Positions 62,881-64,000 of a DNA stretch of 64,000 nucleotides are shown here, piece by piece (the stretch's first letter is position 1; every line of letters starts with the position of its first letter). The stretch comes from Lytechinus pictus. Its lineage: Eukaryota. The translations under genes and the position numbers were made by a program. Under the pieces are notes generated by a model. That model searched no databases. It saw nothing but the letters and a program-made list of their open reading frames with translations, and had not been told where the DNA came from. The stretch lies in contig NC_087246.1 in NCBI RefSeq assembly GCF_037042905.1, positions 682,001-746,000 on the forward strand, given 5' to 3'.

Positions 62881-64000
62881 CTTATTTTTTGGGGGAAACT
62901 ATCATACCTTTACATGCATTAGGTGTATAAAGGTAAATTAAGGTATGCAATTTGATAATTTTTTGTCTATATATGGACCACTAGTTCTAATGTTAAATAT
63001 GAAGGGAATTCCCTTCTGGACTATTATCTTCTCCACGGTGGCATAGGCTGCCTTGTTTAGGCTCCGTGAGCAAATGACAATATCAAAATCATAAAAAACT
63101 GTGATCACGGAGTCCTCTAGGCTAGGCTTAACTTACACCAAGTTGACTTACACGTTCAATAAAGTTTAGAAGCTGTAAAAATTTCAAAAGGAAAATCACA
63201 GACTAATTAAAGACTTCAGAGAGAAATCAATCTATATGACCTCATGGTTTTAAGATTGACAGTTTTAGACTCTGATAGTGGTGATGAGTTTGATGTGTCT
63301 GAATTTTCAGATTTTTGTGGTAAAATAACAGGGGCCCACGTTTCTCAACACCTGGATAAGTTAGTCATATCTTTATCCACCAACCACGGAGTTAGTTCCA
63401 ATCTTACTAAACCTGTTTCACGAAATGCTTCCTAACTAGAATACCTTGATGTAGTGTGGCCGAGTGTTCTAACATGTCTACCTCACAAATCAGTCAGAAA
63501 CAAGCAAACTCATATTATATTGAGCTAAACTCAAAAATAAAGATGTTGACCAAAATGAAGTCTCGTAGTGCTCTGCTTTATTGGTCTGCAATGCAGACCT
63601 CACTAGGCATTGCCTTCACAAATAATACATTCAAATATATTCAAAAATAATGTCACATGATAAATTCAACCAATAAAGAAACACAGAATGGGAGAACCCA
63701 GAAAAGTGGAGGAACCAAGGGTGAAAGGTGAACCAATGAGGATGAGGTAAGATGATATGAATGAAGAAGAATGTTCTGAATGTAAATGAGAAAATAACAA
63801 TAGAAACATGTGAAGCTGTATGGAGTTGGAATGGCAATGGAATGATGTGATGAAGAAACTAAGGAATGAGAGAAACAGGTGTGTGACAGAGGCATAGAAA
63901 TGGTAGTGAAGAGAAGTATGGAAAGCAAAGTGTGAAATAAACAATTATATTAAATAAGGCAGCAGAAAGTATGTTACGACATGAAGACTCGTACCATCAA

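Noticed and set aside
63244..63650. Possible coding exons of the downstream + strand gene
   Set aside because: Short, stop-interrupted, with no recognisable domain or convincing splice pair; may be UTR or a decayed element

Overview
AT-rich eukaryotic (animal) genomic DNA with spliceosomal introns. The repeat landscape suggests an invertebrate deuterostome, probably a sea urchin; this is an inference. Reading splice sites by hand gives four intron-containing genes plus one terminal exon. (1) The last exon of an unidentified + strand gene (2528-3023). (2) A - strand, probably secreted protein of five Sushi/CCP domains, one per exon (7252-13069; 5' end uncertain). (3) A + strand MptpB/IphP-type (Y_phosphatase3, CxxGKDR) phosphatase, a family best known from bacteria, fungi and protists (17442-25438). 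(4) A - strand KCTD10/KCTD13/TNFAIP1 (BACURD) orthologue whose stop codon sits in a UAG-CAR-YYA readthrough context (37279-41553). (5) A - strand PAGR1 orthologue whose last 8 codons and stop lie in the first unit of a 54-bp minisatellite (48144-52455). KCTD13 and PAGR1 are also close neighbours at human 16p11.2. Introns and intergenic DNA are dense with non-autonomous elements: a tRNA-derived SINE, MITEs with 2, 3, 4, 8 and 9 bp target duplications, Helentron/DINE-like elements with internal satellites, a four-level nested insertion (55289-59223) and a 4.4-kb TIR element. No transposase ORF, functional RNA gene or CRISPR array was found. All gene models were read by eye and have not been tested against transcripts.
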